In this document: positions 1 through 10,979 of the stretch, in pieces
How the letters are laid out: the number at the start of each line of letters is the position of its first letter
Position numbering within the stretch: position 1 is the stretch's first letter
NCBI GenBank assembly: GCA_050246815.1
Contig: JBFWVI010000001.1
Location: 35,433-99,432 of the forward strand
DNA: 64,000 bases
DNA from: Bdellovibrionales bacterium
GTDB taxonomy: Bacteria > Bdellovibrionota > Bdellovibrionia > Bdellovibrionales > UBA1609
Reading direction: 5' to 3'
Translations under genes and position numbers: made by a program
The notes under the pieces: generated by a model
Database searches by the model: none
What the model saw: only the letters and a program-made list of their open reading frames with translations
Told to the model about the DNA's origin: nothing

Positions 1-26
1 TGAGCGTGTGCGACTAGAACTCTAGA

Positions 27-791
27 TTAACGATAGCGACAGGGTTCGCACTCTTGGGTGGCCGGAGTGCGCGAGTTGAGATCGCGGCGATAAGCAAGCA
101 ACGAAATATCTTCGGCCATGGTTAGGGCCGCCTGGTTGGGGCCGTCGGGTTTCATTTGTTGCAACAGAGTCATCAAGCTGCCATTCCATTCGAGGTTCCC
201 ACCCTTGATCGATGGATCGGCTTGAACCAAAAGTCGAAGGTGGATGTCTTGCAAAGAGTCGTGTTTGAATAGCGCCAAGGTTTGGCTCAGGTCGGCCATG
301 GCTTTGCCGCTTTGTAGATCTTGATAAGTCAGCGTCCAATGGTGGCGTAAAGTGGCGCTGCGCTGCAGGGCCGTCAGCTCAGCTTCCAGCTCCTCAATTT
401 GTGCCCTGGTCGTGCGCATGGTTTCGCGCAAAGCCGGAAGGCGAGGATGCTGGTCGTTGAACATATTCATACTGCTCGCGGCTTGGCTGGCCTGAACAAA
501 GTGGGCGTTGAGCTGGCTGATCCGGCGGACCAACACACCCATTTCGCGGCGAGGAGAGTAGTCCTCACCCACCCATTTTTGATTGTAAAACTGCAGATCG
601 ACGGTCAGCATCGCATTTTTTTGCTTCAAATCTTGAGTCAGGCGTTCACTAAAAACCAACCCCAAAGTGTTCAGGGGAGTGGTTGCCAGCCTGCTTTTGG
701 TCTTCCCATGAGCATGTAAAGTGAACAAGGGCGTCCAAAAAGTCACCACGATCAGGGCAATCAGAATGTGGCGAGAAGCAATTAGGTGCAT
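27..791 (-). CDS. hypothetical secreted protein
   Basis: 254-aa ORF with signal-peptide-like N-terminus, GGAG RBS, central coiled-coil-like helix, terminal CEPC. Confidence 0.6.
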   Translation of the reverse strand: MHLIASRHILIALIVVTFWTPLFTLHAHGKTKSRLATTPLNTLGLVFSERLTQDLKQKNAMLTVDLQFYNQKWVGEDYSPRREMGVLVRRISQLNAHFVQASQAASSMNMFNDQHPRLPALRETMRTTRAQIEELEAELTALQRSATLRHHWTLTYQDLQSGKAMADLSQTLALFKHDSLQDIHLRLLVQADPSIKGGNLEWNGSLMTLLQQMKPDGPNQAALTMAEDISLLAYRRDLNSRTPATQECEPCRYR

Positions 792-824
792 TTACGCTCC
801 ATAAATAATTATTAGAGCATCCAT

Positions 825-840
825 TGCAAATTTTAATCCA
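825..840 (-). promoter_or_regulatory. sigma54-like -24/-12 promoter
   Basis: TGGATTAAAATTTGCA (GG-N10-GC) upstream of and co-oriented with the 254-aa ORF. Confidence 0.45.
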
Positions 841-845
841 AGCGC

Positions 846-1868
846 TCAGTGCGTGGCTCCTGACGAGGTATGTCGCTCGGCGTCATAAAGACCGTAGGAA
901 GCTCGAATGGACTGCAGCTCGCCCTTTAATGCATTTTCCATCAGGGTGGCTTGTTGCTCCGTGATGCACTTGATGTTCTGGCCAAACACCAGCGTCACTT
1001 TGTCCTCAGGAACAATATAGGCTCGTGTATGACGATCCAAAACGTTTTTTGAATAGTCCATTAGGCGGCGACGGTATTCGCATAGGCCCTGAAAATGGCC
1101 GCTATCAAAAGCTGCATCCGCACCGACCTCGTTTAAGCCGGCGCGGCAAGCTTGCGCGTTTTTAGTCTTTTGCTCTTGGGTGACGGACGTGGGTTCGCGC
1201 AGCAAATTTTCCATCACAAAGTCACCATTTCGACAGCGGACTTTGCCTTCTTTGGCCCAATGTCGCCAATAGACATTTTCAATAACCCAAGATGCGGCGG
1301 CTGGCGAGTGGGTGGCAAGGGGCATTATTAAATCACCAAAGGCGGCGCGTACGACAAAGTCCCCCAACAGGGCCAGCGCGCCAGCGGCAGGGGCTTTGGC
1401 GTCGGCGGCTTCGGCCGAAGCTAGGAAAAATTGAAAAAGTGAGGCCTGGGAACTCTCTTTGAAGCAATCTTGCGCCAACTTAAAAATTTGCGTCGCTTGA
1501 GTCTGATTTTTTAGCTTCAGCAGACGCCCTTGTTGGCACTTGTAAAGAGAATCCTTCATGGGAGTCCAACTTATGTTGGCCACCATGAACGCTTCTTTTT
1601 TCACCCGGAAGCGGGGTATGCGGTCTTGTGCCGAAATGCCCTGCTTTTTCAGCTCACCTAAAATTTCTTGATTTTCGGCAGGCAGTAAAATGCCCATTCT
1701 TTCATACTGCTCAAGCAGTTCCCCGAAATTTGCGAAGCTATTTAGGTAGCGCATCCATGTTAATAAATATTGTTGAGTTGGTGTTGATTTGGATTTTTTG
1801 ACTTTGGCCGAAGCTAAAGGCGCGGCCGTGAATAAGGTCGTCACCAGGGTCAGAATCATAAAGCGCAT
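846..1868 (-). CDS. hypothetical secreted protein
   Basis: 340-aa ORF, signal peptide ending ASA, AAAGGGGG RBS, several Cys. Confidence 0.65.
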   Translation of the reverse strand: MRFMILTLVTTLFTAAPLASAKVKKSKSTPTQQYLLTWMRYLNSFANFGELLEQYERMGILLPAENQEILGELKKQGISAQDRIPRFRVKKEAFMVANISWTPMKDSLYKCQQGRLLKLKNQTQATQIFKLAQDCFKESSQASLFQFFLASAEAADAKAPAAGALALLGDFVVRAAFGDLIMPLATHSPAAASWVIENVYWRHWAKEGKVRCRNGDFVMENLLREPTSVTQEQKTKNAQACRAGLNEVGADAAFDSGHFQGLCEYRRRLMDYSKNVLDRHTRAYIVPEDKVTLVFGQNIKCITEQQATLMENALKGELQSIRASYGLYDAERHTSSGATH

Positions 1869-2040
1869 GTGGTCCCCCTTTATCCTCGGTTACCCACTGA
1901 CGCCCAGTCCGATTCATGCTTAAGAACAGGTTAACGTACAAAGTCACGTTTTGCAGAGAGAAAAATAAAAATAATTTTAATTTAAAAATAAAGCGTGCGC
2001 CGATTTTTCAGCTGTCGAAAGTATCAACAGCCAAAGGCGT

Positions 2041-3498
2041 TTAAAGATCCAATTTTTCTTCTGAGCGTGGCGACTCGCGGCGCGTGGCCGAGGGCGCATG
2101 GCGCTCTGTACCTGTGGCGAGTTTCAGGGAAAGCCCTTTGATGTCACGAATCCAGTGGCAATTGAGTTGTTTGAGCAGGGGCGAATTTTTTAGATTGCGC
2201 TGGTTTGAGAGTGGCAAAAAGGCGGACTTGAAGCCAAGCTTGACGGCTTCTTTCAGACGGTCTTCCACAAACACGGCTGCTCGCACTTCACCTGTCAGGC
2301 CGATTTCACCCAAAAAAATCGAATTTTGCGGCAGGGGGCGAAATTGTTTAGTCGACCAAATGGCCGCCGCAATGGCCAAATCGCAGCTGGGTTCGGTCAG
2401 GCGCAGGCCTCCCACCACGTTGACGAAGATGTCTTCATGGGCCAACTCCAAATCGACAAATTTATCCAGCACAGCTGCGAGCATGTGGACTCGGTTTAAA
2501 TCCAGCCCCAAAGCCGTGCGGCGCGGATTGGCCATGGGCGAGGAGTTGGTCAGGGCTTGAACCTCGACCAGCATCGGTCGACTGCCTTCGAGCGCCGGAA
2601 AAATCGCGGCCCCCACGCGCGGTTCCGAACGTTCTTCCAAAAAAATTGCTGAAGGGTTCATCACTTCCTGCAGGCCCGCCCCGGCCATCTCAAAAACCCC
2701 AAGTTCGTTGGTCGCGCCAAAGCGGTTTTTCAGTGCCCTGAGCAGGCGGTAATGGTGTTGACCATCACCTTCGAAAGACAAAACAGTGTCCACCATGTGT
2801 TCCAAAACGCGCGGCCCGGCCAAAGATCCATCCTTGGTGACATGGCCGATGATGAAAACCGTGATGCCATGGGCCTTGGCCAAGCTCATCAATTTAGCGG
2901 CGCACTCGCGCACTTGGCCCACCGAGCCTGGTGCCGAGGCAATGTCTTCCATGTAGACGGTTTGAATCGAATCGACGATCAAGACCGAGGGCTTTTCGCC
3001 CAAAGCCAAATTCATGATGCGGTCCAAGGAACTTTCGGAGGTGATTTTTACGCCGGCGGTGGCCACCCCTAAGCGACGGGCGCGTAAAGAGATTTGCTGC
3101 ACGCTTTCTTCAGCCGAAACGTAAAGCACAGGGGCTGAGTTTTTTGCCAAACCCGCCGACATCTGCAACAGCAAAGTACTTTTGCCTATCCCCGGGTCGC
3201 CGCCGACCAAAACAAAGCTGCCGTTGACCAGCCCACCGCCTAAGACGCGGTCAAGCTCACCAAGACCCGTGCTTTGTCGGGCGACAGCGGTGATGGCGAT
3301 TTCTTCATCCAGGCGTACTAGGCTTGAGGTCGCGTCGACACCGACATTCCAGCTGCGCGCACCTCGTCCGCTGGAGGCAGGTATTTGGCGTTCTTCAACG
3401 AAAGAGTTCCAAGAGCCGCAGTCGGTGCAGCGCCCCTCCCAACGGCTTCGTTGGGTTCCACATTGCTGACAAACGAATACGCTTTTTGCTTTGGCCAT
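2041..3498 (-). CDS. radA: DNA repair protein RadA/Sms
   Basis: C4 zinc finger, Walker A GDPGIGKS, KNRFG motif, Lon-like C-terminus; start at MAKAKS. Confidence 0.97.
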   Translation of the reverse strand: MAKAKSVFVCQQCGTQRSRWEGRCTDCGSWNSFVEERQIPASSGRGARSWNVGVDATSSLVRLDEEIAITAVARQSTGLGELDRVLGGGLVNGSFVLVGGDPGIGKSTLLLQMSAGLAKNSAPVLYVSAEESVQQISLRARRLGVATAGVKITSESSLDRIMNLALGEKPSVLIVDSIQTVYMEDIASAPGSVGQVRECAAKLMSLAKAHGITVFIIGHVTKDGSLAGPRVLEHMVDTVLSFEGDGQHHYRLLRALKNRFGATNELGVFEMAGAGLQEVMNPSAIFLEERSEPRVGAAIFPALEGSRPMLVEVQALTNSSPMANPRRTALGLDLNRVHMLAAVLDKFVDLELAHEDIFVNVVGGLRLTEPSCDLAIAAAIWSTKQFRPLPQNSIFLGEIGLTGEVRAAVFVEDRLKEAVKLGFKSAFLPLSNQRNLKNSPLLKQLNCHWIRDIKGLSLKLATGTERHAPSATRRESPRSEEKLDL

Positions 3499-3707
3499 TC
3501 TGACTAAAAGCCAGGAAATCAGTTGGCGCGTCAAGAGTCGAAATCCGGACAGGACCGCGCATTAACCAAAGGCCCGTTTAAGCGTGTCTTATTGAAGCTG
3601 GGAGTCCTCATAAGACGCCTGGCATCACGGAAGATAAATTAACATGAAGACTCGCCTTTTCAGGTGGCCTTGGGACAAGTAACATTTTTAAAGGCGCAGG
3701 GAGCCAA

Positions 3708-6176
3708 ATGTACAGCCAAGGTGCAAGCAAAACGTCGTCCATCAGGGCGCGAGTTCTGGCTATTTTTTTAGTCGGATTCGCCGGGGCGAACTTTGTGGCC
3801 ATGGCGGCTTCTAGCCACCTGGAGCAGGCGCGCGCTTTGGTGCAGGCGGGGCAAGGTGAAAAAGCGCTGGCGGCTTTAGCACCTCTTTTGGAGATCACCG
3901 CACCCGAGGATGAGCGAGTGCTAGCCTTGGTTCTAGCCGGGCAGATCCACTTAAGTTTGGGGCAGCCTGAACAGGCGCGTGAAAATTTAGAAAAAAGCCT
4001 GGTGCTGAAGTCCGCTGTTTCAGCCTACGCCTTCACTTGGTTGGGCGAGAGTTACTATCGATTGAAGCGTTACAAAGATGCACGCACGGCCTTGGAGCGT
4101 GTGGGCTACTTCAAACCGCCCGCCGAGTTGCGTAACCGTGTTCGCTTACTGCTGGCGGACATCGCCTTGGGCGAAAAAAATTATGGCGAGGCCGAGCGTC
4201 ACTTAAGCTATCTTGAGCGCAAGTGGCGCGGCTCGCTTTTTTACCCGCATGTGTTATGGCGCCATCTGCAGGCGGCCACCGTCAGGCGAAATCGTGGCAC
4301 CGCTTGCCGCTTGGCCCGTCGGCTCTATGCGCAGTATCCAACCCATCCCTTGATTTACGATTGGTCGATGGATCTTCAAAACGTGCGGGTGGAAGGGCAG
4401 CGTTTGGGTTGTGTTGCCAGCAGCAAAGATCAATCGTCGCGAGTGCGACGCTTGCAGTTGGCCGGTGAAACCGATCGCGCGCGTCGTGAGATGGAACAAT
4501 TGCGTGGTTCGGGTCGGCGCGCGGATGTGGAGCGTGCCGACATGATGCTGGTGCAATTTTTAACCAGCGACGGTTATCCCGACGAAGCTTTGAAGATCTT
4601 GGTCAAATATTACGACAGTCACAAGAACGACGTGAATTTTTTGTTGAGTCTGGCGCGGGCAGCGGCGCGTGGTGGCGAGTTTCAGACGGCTGTGGGCCTT
4701 TATCAACGTGTCCACGTTTTAGTGCCACGGGCTCGAGTGGGGCGTGAAGCTTTGTTTCAAGCCGCTTTTTTAAGTTATCAATTTCAAGACTATGACGGCG
4801 CCACAAGGCGCTTTGATCGATTCATCGATCTTTACGCCAAATCCGGATTGGCCAAGGACGCGCGTTGGAATTTGGCGTGGTTGCGCTATTTGCGGGGCGA
4901 TTTCGAAGGCGCCTACGACAGTTTAATGGCCTTGCGTGCGCCGCCAAAGGGACGCCGTCGTCGGGCGCCAACGCGCGATGACCGGGCGATCTACTGGTCG
5001 GCGATGTGTCTGGCCAAAATGGGTAAAAGCGCCGAGGCCAAGGAGCTGTTTGACAGTCTTGAAAAGCCGGATCCCAGCAGTTTTTACGCCCTGGCCGCGC
5101 GGGCCAGACGTGAAAGCCTGCCGGCGCCCAAACTCAAAGATGAGTTGCCACTTCGCGATTTGGCCGCCACCGCGCCTGCAGAAAATCCGACGGTGGTGAA
5201 TCCGCTTGAAGCCGCTGATGCGCCCTCTGAAAACGAGTCTGAAGACAATCTGACTTTGAACCAAGAGGACTCCCAAATCGGTGAAGACGGCGGCGAAAAT
5301 GCGGCTCTCGAGTTAGGTGATGAGATTTTGGATAGCGACACGGACGAAAAGGTGGAAATCAGCGATTTTCGCGATCCAAGGCTGCGGCGCCACTTTGAAG
5401 TGGCGCAAGATTTGTTGTTGATCGGTATGCCGGATTGGGCGCGCCATGAACTCTTTGAGGTGGAGCGCCGCACTCGAAACCCCGGATATTTGAAAAGCCT
5501 GATTAAGAGCTATGAGGCTATGGGCTCTTACCATCGATCTGTGGCCATTAGCGACACCTTCTTTGTCGGCGAGCGTTTGCAAGGCGGATACAGTGGTGCC
5601 AAGGGTCTTTGGGAGACCTCGTACCCCCGCGCTTTTCGCAATTACGTCGAGCGCTTCGCGGATCAATTTTCAACGCCCTCTGAGCTGGTGTGGGCGATCA
5701 TGCGTGCCGAAAGTCATTTTAAGCCAGATGTGATGTCGCCGGTCGGGGCCAAAGGTTTGTTGCAACTGATGCCCAACACGGGGCTGCAAGTTTCACGCAT
5801 TTTAGATCAAGAAGAGAACTTTCAAGTCATGAGTTTGCTAAACCCCGAGGTCAATGTGCGTTTGGGCACGCGCTATTTGCTTAGGCTTTCCACTAAATTC
5901 AAAAATTCTTGGCCCTTGGTGGCCGCGGCCTACAACGCTGGTCCGCACCGTGTCGACAATTGGCTGACCAACTTCGGCCATCTTGAAATGGATGAGTTCA
6001 TTGAACATATTCCGTTTTTAGAGACCCGCAACTACGTGAAGAAAGTGGTACGCAATTACGCCGCCTACCGCGCGCTTTACTCCAATGATCAGCGCATCTT
6101 GGCATGGTTGGCCGACCCTGTGCCCGTGAAGGGGGATGGGCGTCCGGCGCTGCGCGAAATCTGGGACACTCCTTGA
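3708..6176 (+). CDS. slt: TPR-containing soluble lytic murein transglycosylase
   Basis: TPR-like helical repeats then SLT motifs IMRAESHF, GLLQLMP, AAYNAG, ETRNYVKKV. Confidence 0.92.
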   Translation: MYSQGASKTSSIRARVLAIFLVGFAGANFVAMAASSHLEQARALVQAGQGEKALAALAPLLEITAPEDERVLALVLAGQIHLSLGQPEQARENLEKSLVLKSAVSAYAFTWLGESYYRLKRYKDARTALERVGYFKPPAELRNRVRLLLADIALGEKNYGEAERHLSYLERKWRGSLFYPHVLWRHLQAATVRRNRGTACRLARRLYAQYPTHPLIYDWSMDLQNVRVEGQRLGCVASSKDQSSRVRRLQLAGETDRARREMEQLRGSGRRADVERADMMLVQFLTSDGYPDEALKILVKYYDSHKNDVNFLLSLARAAARGGEFQTAVGLYQRVHVLVPRARVGREALFQAAFLSYQFQDYDGATRRFDRFIDLYAKSGLAKDARWNLAWLRYLRGDFEGAYDSLMALRAPPKGRRRRAPTRDDRAIYWSAMCLAKMGKSAEAKELFDSLEKPDPSSFYALAARARRESLPAPKLKDELPLRDLAATAPAENPTVVNPLEAADAPSENESEDNLTLNQEDSQIGEDGGENAALELGDEILDSDTDEKVEISDFRDPRLRRHFEVAQDLLLIGMPDWARHELFEVERRTRNPGYLKSLIKSYEAMGSYHRSVAISDTFFVGERLQGGYSGAKGLWETSYPRAFRNYVERFADQFSTPSELVWAIMRAESHFKPDVMSPVGAKGLLQLMPNTGLQVSRILDQEENFQVMSLLNPEVNVRLGTRYLLRLSTKFKNSWPLVAAAYNAGPHRVDNWLTNFGHLEMDEFIEHIPFLETRNYVKKVVRNYAAYRALYSNDQRILAWLADPVPVKGDGRPALREIWDTP

Positions 6177-6228
6177 CATATATATGGCCTGAACTAAAAC
6201 CACCCCTTTAGTTGAAAGGGGAACGGGT

Positions 6229-7818
6229 ATGCGTCGATGGTTGGGATTGGGTGCCGCCTTGTTGGTGGTCTTGGTTTTGGGTTGCACAAAACGCGAACAA
6301 AAAGCCGAGTACGGTCTGCCGCTGAAAGACACTTTACGAATCAACGTTCTGCAAGAGCCCCCGTCCTTGGATTGGAGCAAGTCCACCGACACCACATCTT
6401 CGCTTATTGAAAACAACATTATGGAAGGTTTGGTCGAATACGACCTGAATGATCCGGAGTTGGGATTGGTGCCGGGTCTTGCCACCGAATGGAGGCCCAG
6501 CAACAATGCTCAAACGTGGACCTTCGTGATTCGAAAAGGCGTTAAGTGGACCGATGGCGTGGACTTCACCGGCCAACATGTGATTGACGGTTGGGAACGG
6601 ATCTTGAATGCCGCCACCGCCTCTGAATATGCCTACTTTTTGTTTGGTGTGAAAAACGCCCAAGCTTACAACCAAGGTAAGATCAAAGACTTCTCGCAAG
6701 TTGGCGTGAAATTGACGGCGGATGGCAATTTGGTTGTCGAGCTGGAGCAGCCGAAAAGTTATTTCCCTTACCTGATGGCGCATCATTCGACCTTCCCGCT
6801 GCGAAAAGACGTGATCGCCAAACACGGTGATCGCTGGACTGACCCCGCGAATATCGTCACCTTGGGCGCTTACAAGCTGAAGATTTGGGAGCATGATAAG
6901 GCGTTGGTGCTGGAGCGAAACGATCTGTATCATGGCGAAAAAGCCAAGACAAAGTATGTACTTGCTTACATGATCAACGAAATGTCGACCGCGATTAACC
7001 TTTTTGACTCAAAGAAATTGGATTTTCAATACAGCTTGCCCTCGCGTGAGCTGCGCCAGCTTCGTCAACGAAAAGAATATCGCGAAAGCGGTATCCTGGG
7101 GATTTACTACTACGGCTTCAATGTGCGCAAACCGCCGTTTAATGATCCTCGCGTCCGCAAAGCTTTTGCCATGGGCGTGGACCGCAAACAAGTCACCGAA
7201 ATGTTAGCCGGCGGACAAATTCCGCTGTCGGGCTGGATTCCGGCTGGCATGTTTGGCTATGAAAGCGATCGCGGCCTAAAGTTTAATGTCGAAGAAGCCA
7301 ATAAGCTTTTAGACCAAGCCGGCTATAAAGATCGAAGCCGCTTTCCGAAAATTAAATTGGGTTTCAACACCAACGAAGATCATCAGCGCGTGGCTGAAAA
7401 CGTTCAGGCCCAAATCAAAAAGAATTTGGGAATCGATATCGAAATGGCCAATGAAGAGTGGAAAGTCTATTTGGCCACCTTGCGCTCGAACACTCCGGCA
7501 ATCTTTCGTTTGGGCTGGTTGGCCGATTATCCTGATCCTGACAATTTCATGAACTTGATGGCCAGTTACTCAGAAAACAATCACACCGGCTGGAAGAACA
7601 AAAAGTACGACGATCAAGTTTCAAAAGCAGTCAGTATCACCGATAAAGAAAAACGCCGCAAAGTCTATTCAGATGCGCAAAAAATGCTAACCGAAGACGA
7701 GGTTCCGGCGTGGCCGATCTATTCGATGGTGTCGCAGGTGTTGATCGATGAGCGTGTTAAGGGCTTAAAAGAAAACGCCATGAACCGCTATCTGTTTAAG
7801 ACGGTCTCCTTGCAGTGA
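6229..7818 (+). CDS. oppA: oligopeptide ABC transporter substrate-binding lipoprotein
   Basis: lipobox VLGC; EPPSLD, PGLATEW, GWLADYPDP family-5 SBP motifs. Confidence 0.93.
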   Translation: MRRWLGLGAALLVVLVLGCTKREQKAEYGLPLKDTLRINVLQEPPSLDWSKSTDTTSSLIENNIMEGLVEYDLNDPELGLVPGLATEWRPSNNAQTWTFVIRKGVKWTDGVDFTGQHVIDGWERILNAATASEYAYFLFGVKNAQAYNQGKIKDFSQVGVKLTADGNLVVELEQPKSYFPYLMAHHSTFPLRKDVIAKHGDRWTDPANIVTLGAYKLKIWEHDKALVLERNDLYHGEKAKTKYVLAYMINEMSTAINLFDSKKLDFQYSLPSRELRQLRQRKEYRESGILGIYYYGFNVRKPPFNDPRVRKAFAMGVDRKQVTEMLAGGQIPLSGWIPAGMFGYESDRGLKFNVEEANKLLDQAGYKDRSRFPKIKLGFNTNEDHQRVAENVQAQIKKNLGIDIEMANEEWKVYLATLRSNTPAIFRLGWLADYPDPDNFMNLMASYSENNHTGWKNKKYDDQVSKAVSITDKEKRRKVYSDAQKMLTEDEVPAWPIYSMVSQVLIDERVKGLKENAMNRYLFKTVSLQ

Positions 7819-8894
7819 AAGAAAAGCTGAATTGGATCATGGGGCCGGGACTGGCCTTGCTTTGGCTGGTTTTGATCATCGCGAACTTCTTCGCGATTGA
7901 ATTCCATTCTGAGGTGTGGTGGGGCACGGCCGGGTTGTCTTTGGCCGCCATGATCTTTTTTATGATCAAACAGCACATGACTCTTTATGTTTTTAAACGC
8001 CTGGTGGAAGCGACGGTGACCATTTGGGTAATCGCCTCGTTCACGTTTTTGCTTTTACGCGTTTTGCCAGGTGGCCCCTTTGACTCTGAAAAAGCCTTGC
8101 CGGCCGAAGTGAAGGCCGCCATAGAACGAAAATACAAATTGGATCAGCCGGTTTTCAATCAATACATTTCTTATTTGGGTGGTTTGGTGCGGGGAGATCT
8201 TGGCGAGTCCTATAAGTATTTAGGACGAAATATCTCTGAAATCATTCTAGAAAGTCTGCCAGCTTCTGTGCAGCTTGGGGTTTTTTCGTTACTGCTGGCG
8301 TATGCGATTGGTGTGCCTTTTGGTGTGATTGCAGCAAGATTTCATAATTCGTGGTTTGATCATGCCCTAATGATGCTGGCCATCAGCGGGGTTTCGCTGC
8401 CCAGTTTTTTGGTGGCACCGATTCTGATTTTGTTTTTTTGTTTTTCATTGGGTTGGTTTGAGCCGGCCTTGTGGGAAGGCCCGACCTACTACGTTTTGCC
8501 CACCTTGGTTTTGGGCACGCGTTCGGCTGCGGTGATCGCGCGTTTGGTGCGCGCCAGTGTTCTTGAGGTCATCCGATCAGACTACATCCGAACCGGTCGC
8601 GCCAAGGGATTGTCCGAAACCGCGCTGCTGTTCAAACACGTCTTAAGAAATTCACTGATTCCGGTTTTGACGTTTTCGGGCCCTTTGGTCGCGGGAATTA
8701 TCACGGGCTCATTCGTTGTGGAGCAAATATTTGCCGTGCCGGGTATTGGCAAGCATATGGTTTTAAGTGTGTCGAACCGCGATTACCCTCTGATTTTAGG
8801 AACCACCTTGGTCTTTTCGGTCATTCTCATCTTGTGCAACCTGATTGTGGACCTTCTTTACGCCTATGTGGACCCCAGGATTAAACTATCATGA
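7815..8894 (+). CDS. oppB: oligopeptide ABC transporter permease
   Basis: PGGPF, GDLGES, DYIRTGRAKGL EAA loop, RDYPLI; GTGA overlap with oppA. Confidence 0.93.
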   Translation: MKEKLNWIMGPGLALLWLVLIIANFFAIEFHSEVWWGTAGLSLAAMIFFMIKQHMTLYVFKRLVEATVTIWVIASFTFLLLRVLPGGPFDSEKALPAEVKAAIERKYKLDQPVFNQYISYLGGLVRGDLGESYKYLGRNISEIILESLPASVQLGVFSLLLAYAIGVPFGVIAARFHNSWFDHALMMLAISGVSLPSFLVAPILILFFCFSLGWFEPALWEGPTYYVLPTLVLGTRSAAVIARLVRASVLEVIRSDYIRTGRAKGLSETALLFKHVLRNSLIPVLTFSGPLVAGIITGSFVVEQIFAVPGIGKHMVLSVSNRDYPLILGTTLVFSVILILCNLIVDLLYAYVDPRIKLS

Positions 8895-9784
8895 GCAATG
8901 CGGTGGTTGGCAAAAGTCTTTGGCAGGAGGGATGGAAGCGCCTGGCTCGCAATCGGGTGGCTGTGGTGTCCGGCGTATTTATCGTTATTCTCTGCTTTAT
9001 GGCGGTCTTTGCGTATCAACTGAGCCCTTACGCCTTTGACGAGCAGTACATGGACAAAATTTTGGCGGCGCCGACTTCTGAGCACTGGCTGGGCACGGAT
9101 TCTTTGGGTCGCGACATGTTGTCGCGTTTGATTCACGGCGCGCGAATGTCGATGGCGGTGGGAATTGTCACGGCTTTAATTTCGCTTTTTGTGGGAGCAG
9201 CTTACGGTGCGGTCGCAGGCTGGATGGGTGGTCGAGTCGATGCCTTGCTGATGCGTTTTGTCGACATTTTGTATTCGGTGCCCACCTTGGTTTTGTTGAT
9301 TTTGGTGAAGGTGATTTTCGATTCGGTCCCATTGTTCACAAATCCCGAGCTCAAAGCTTTGACCGGCATGTTGCTGGCGCTGAGCGTGGTGGGTTGGGTG
9401 ACCCTGGCACGTATGGTGCGGGGCCAAGTGCTTCAGGTGAAGCAAATGGTTTATATTGAGGCCGCACAGGCGCTGGGGGCGTCGGGGCCACGGATCGTCA
9501 TGCGGCATATTTTCCCTAATATTTTAGGCCCGATTATCGTTATTTTGACCTTTCAAATTCCTTCCAACATTTTGTACGAAAGTTTCTTAAGTTTTTTGGG
9601 GCTTGGTCTTCAGCCTCCTTATAGCAGTTGGGGCGTGCTGGCCAACGAAGGATGGCGCAGCCTGCGCAGTTACCCGCATCTCATTATTTCACCCGGTATC
9701 GCTTTGTTTACGGCCATGCTGGCATTTAATCTTTTGGGCGATGGACTTCGGGACGCTTTTGATCCACAAATGAAAGACCGCTAA
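8891..9784 (+). CDS. oppC: oligopeptide ABC transporter permease
   Basis: HWLGTDSLGRD, EAAQALGA, FNLLGDGLRDAFDP; ATGA overlap. Confidence 0.93.
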   Translation: MSNAVVGKSLWQEGWKRLARNRVAVVSGVFIVILCFMAVFAYQLSPYAFDEQYMDKILAAPTSEHWLGTDSLGRDMLSRLIHGARMSMAVGIVTALISLFVGAAYGAVAGWMGGRVDALLMRFVDILYSVPTLVLLILVKVIFDSVPLFTNPELKALTGMLLALSVVGWVTLARMVRGQVLQVKQMVYIEAAQALGASGPRIVMRHIFPNILGPIIVILTFQIPSNILYESFLSFLGLGLQPPYSSWGVLANEGWRSLRSYPHLIISPGIALFTAMLAFNLLGDGLRDAFDPQMKDR

Positions 9785-9855
9785 AGGTTGAGGCTTTGAC
9801 ACTTCATCCGACTTTCACCGCTGCAGCGCGGGCCGAGTATTCTCCAGGCTCGCTT

Positions 9856-10977
9856 CTACAGATAAAAATGAAGCAATAAAAAGACCGAATCGTTTTCAAG
9901 GCCAGCTGCCGGTAAACCCGATTGGCGTTGGTACTCGGCTTGGAATTCCAAATGCGGCAGGGGCAGAAACTGAAAGCCCACGCCTGGTGATTTGATCTTA
10001 TCTTCGTTGAACATATTGCTGTGCAGGTATTCGTAGACCACGTAAGGCGTAAAACCCTTAAATAGGTGATAACCCAGTCGCGTGTGTCCGGCCAGAGTGC
10101 GGGTTTTTTCTCTGGACGGAGTTAAATCCGTGCTCTCTTGGTAATCCATCTCACCCAGCAGTACCATTTTTTCGCCAAATAAAGGGGTCACACCCCAAAG
10201 CCCCAAAAGTTCGCGGCGGGTGTCTTCATTTTCTCCAATAAAAGCGCTAACACCCAGCTTGGCATTTTCAGCCACATAGTGGCCATAGCTTGCCGCAAGC
10301 GCGCGCTCGTTGCCCATACGAGACTGGTCCAGTGCGCCGATGCTGGAGGTGACAAAAAGCTCGGATTTTTCGCTGTGCACGCCCACTTCTAAATTGTAGG
10401 TTTCGCTCAAGGCGCCAAAGCTGAGCCCCGCTTTGGTCACACGAGTGTGATTGGGGTCGTTTATGCCATGATTCAGACGAAATTTACCAATTCGCACGGT
10501 CAAGTTTTCAGCGGCGTCGTAAAGCAGGTAGTGGCGTTCGGATAAAAACTCGCCACGTTCGGGCACGCTTTTTGGACCTTCTTGGGTGCCGAATGTGCCG
10601 ATGAACCAGGTCTTACCGGCACGAAGCGCCAATTCGACGTTTTGCTGCATACGAAAATAGCGGCTTTCCTCTTTTTGGTCGTTGTTGATGTAGGTCTGCA
10701 CGGAGCGAACATCGCCGCCGATGCGAAAATTTTCCCCTTCAGGGATAAGGCCAAAGCCCGCACCTTCGATGCCCTCTGGCCCCCAGGTGCTCATCAGTTC
10801 ACGCGAAAGCGAGCGCCCATACTCAGTTAAGACGCCGCCCCCCGACGGCGAAAGGTGGCAGGCCCGGCAGCTTTGGTAGCCATGGGTGACATTCTCGACA
10901 AAAGCGAAGGCGTTCAAAGAAGATAAACCCATCGCGGCCAAAGCCAGATAAAAAAGCCCTCGATTTTTGATTTTCAT
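9856..10977 (-). CDS. outer-membrane beta-barrel protein with N-terminal heme-c motif
   Basis: signal peptide, CRACH just after cleavage site, amphipathic strands, aromatic C-terminal strand LLLHFYL. Confidence 0.7.
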   Translation of the reverse strand: MKIKNRGLFYLALAAMGLSSLNAFAFVENVTHGYQSCRACHLSPSGGGVLTEYGRSLSRELMSTWGPEGIEGAGFGLIPEGENFRIGGDVRSVQTYINNDQKEESRYFRMQQNVELALRAGKTWFIGTFGTQEGPKSVPERGEFLSERHYLLYDAAENLTVRIGKFRLNHGINDPNHTRVTKAGLSFGALSETYNLEVGVHSEKSELFVTSSIGALDQSRMGNERALAASYGHYVAENAKLGVSAFIGENEDTRRELLGLWGVTPLFGEKMVLLGEMDYQESTDLTPSREKTRTLAGHTRLGYHLFKGFTPYVVYEYLHSNMFNEDKIKSPGVGFQFLPLPHLEFQAEYQRQSGLPAAGLENDSVFLLLHFYL

Positions 10978-10979
10978 GA

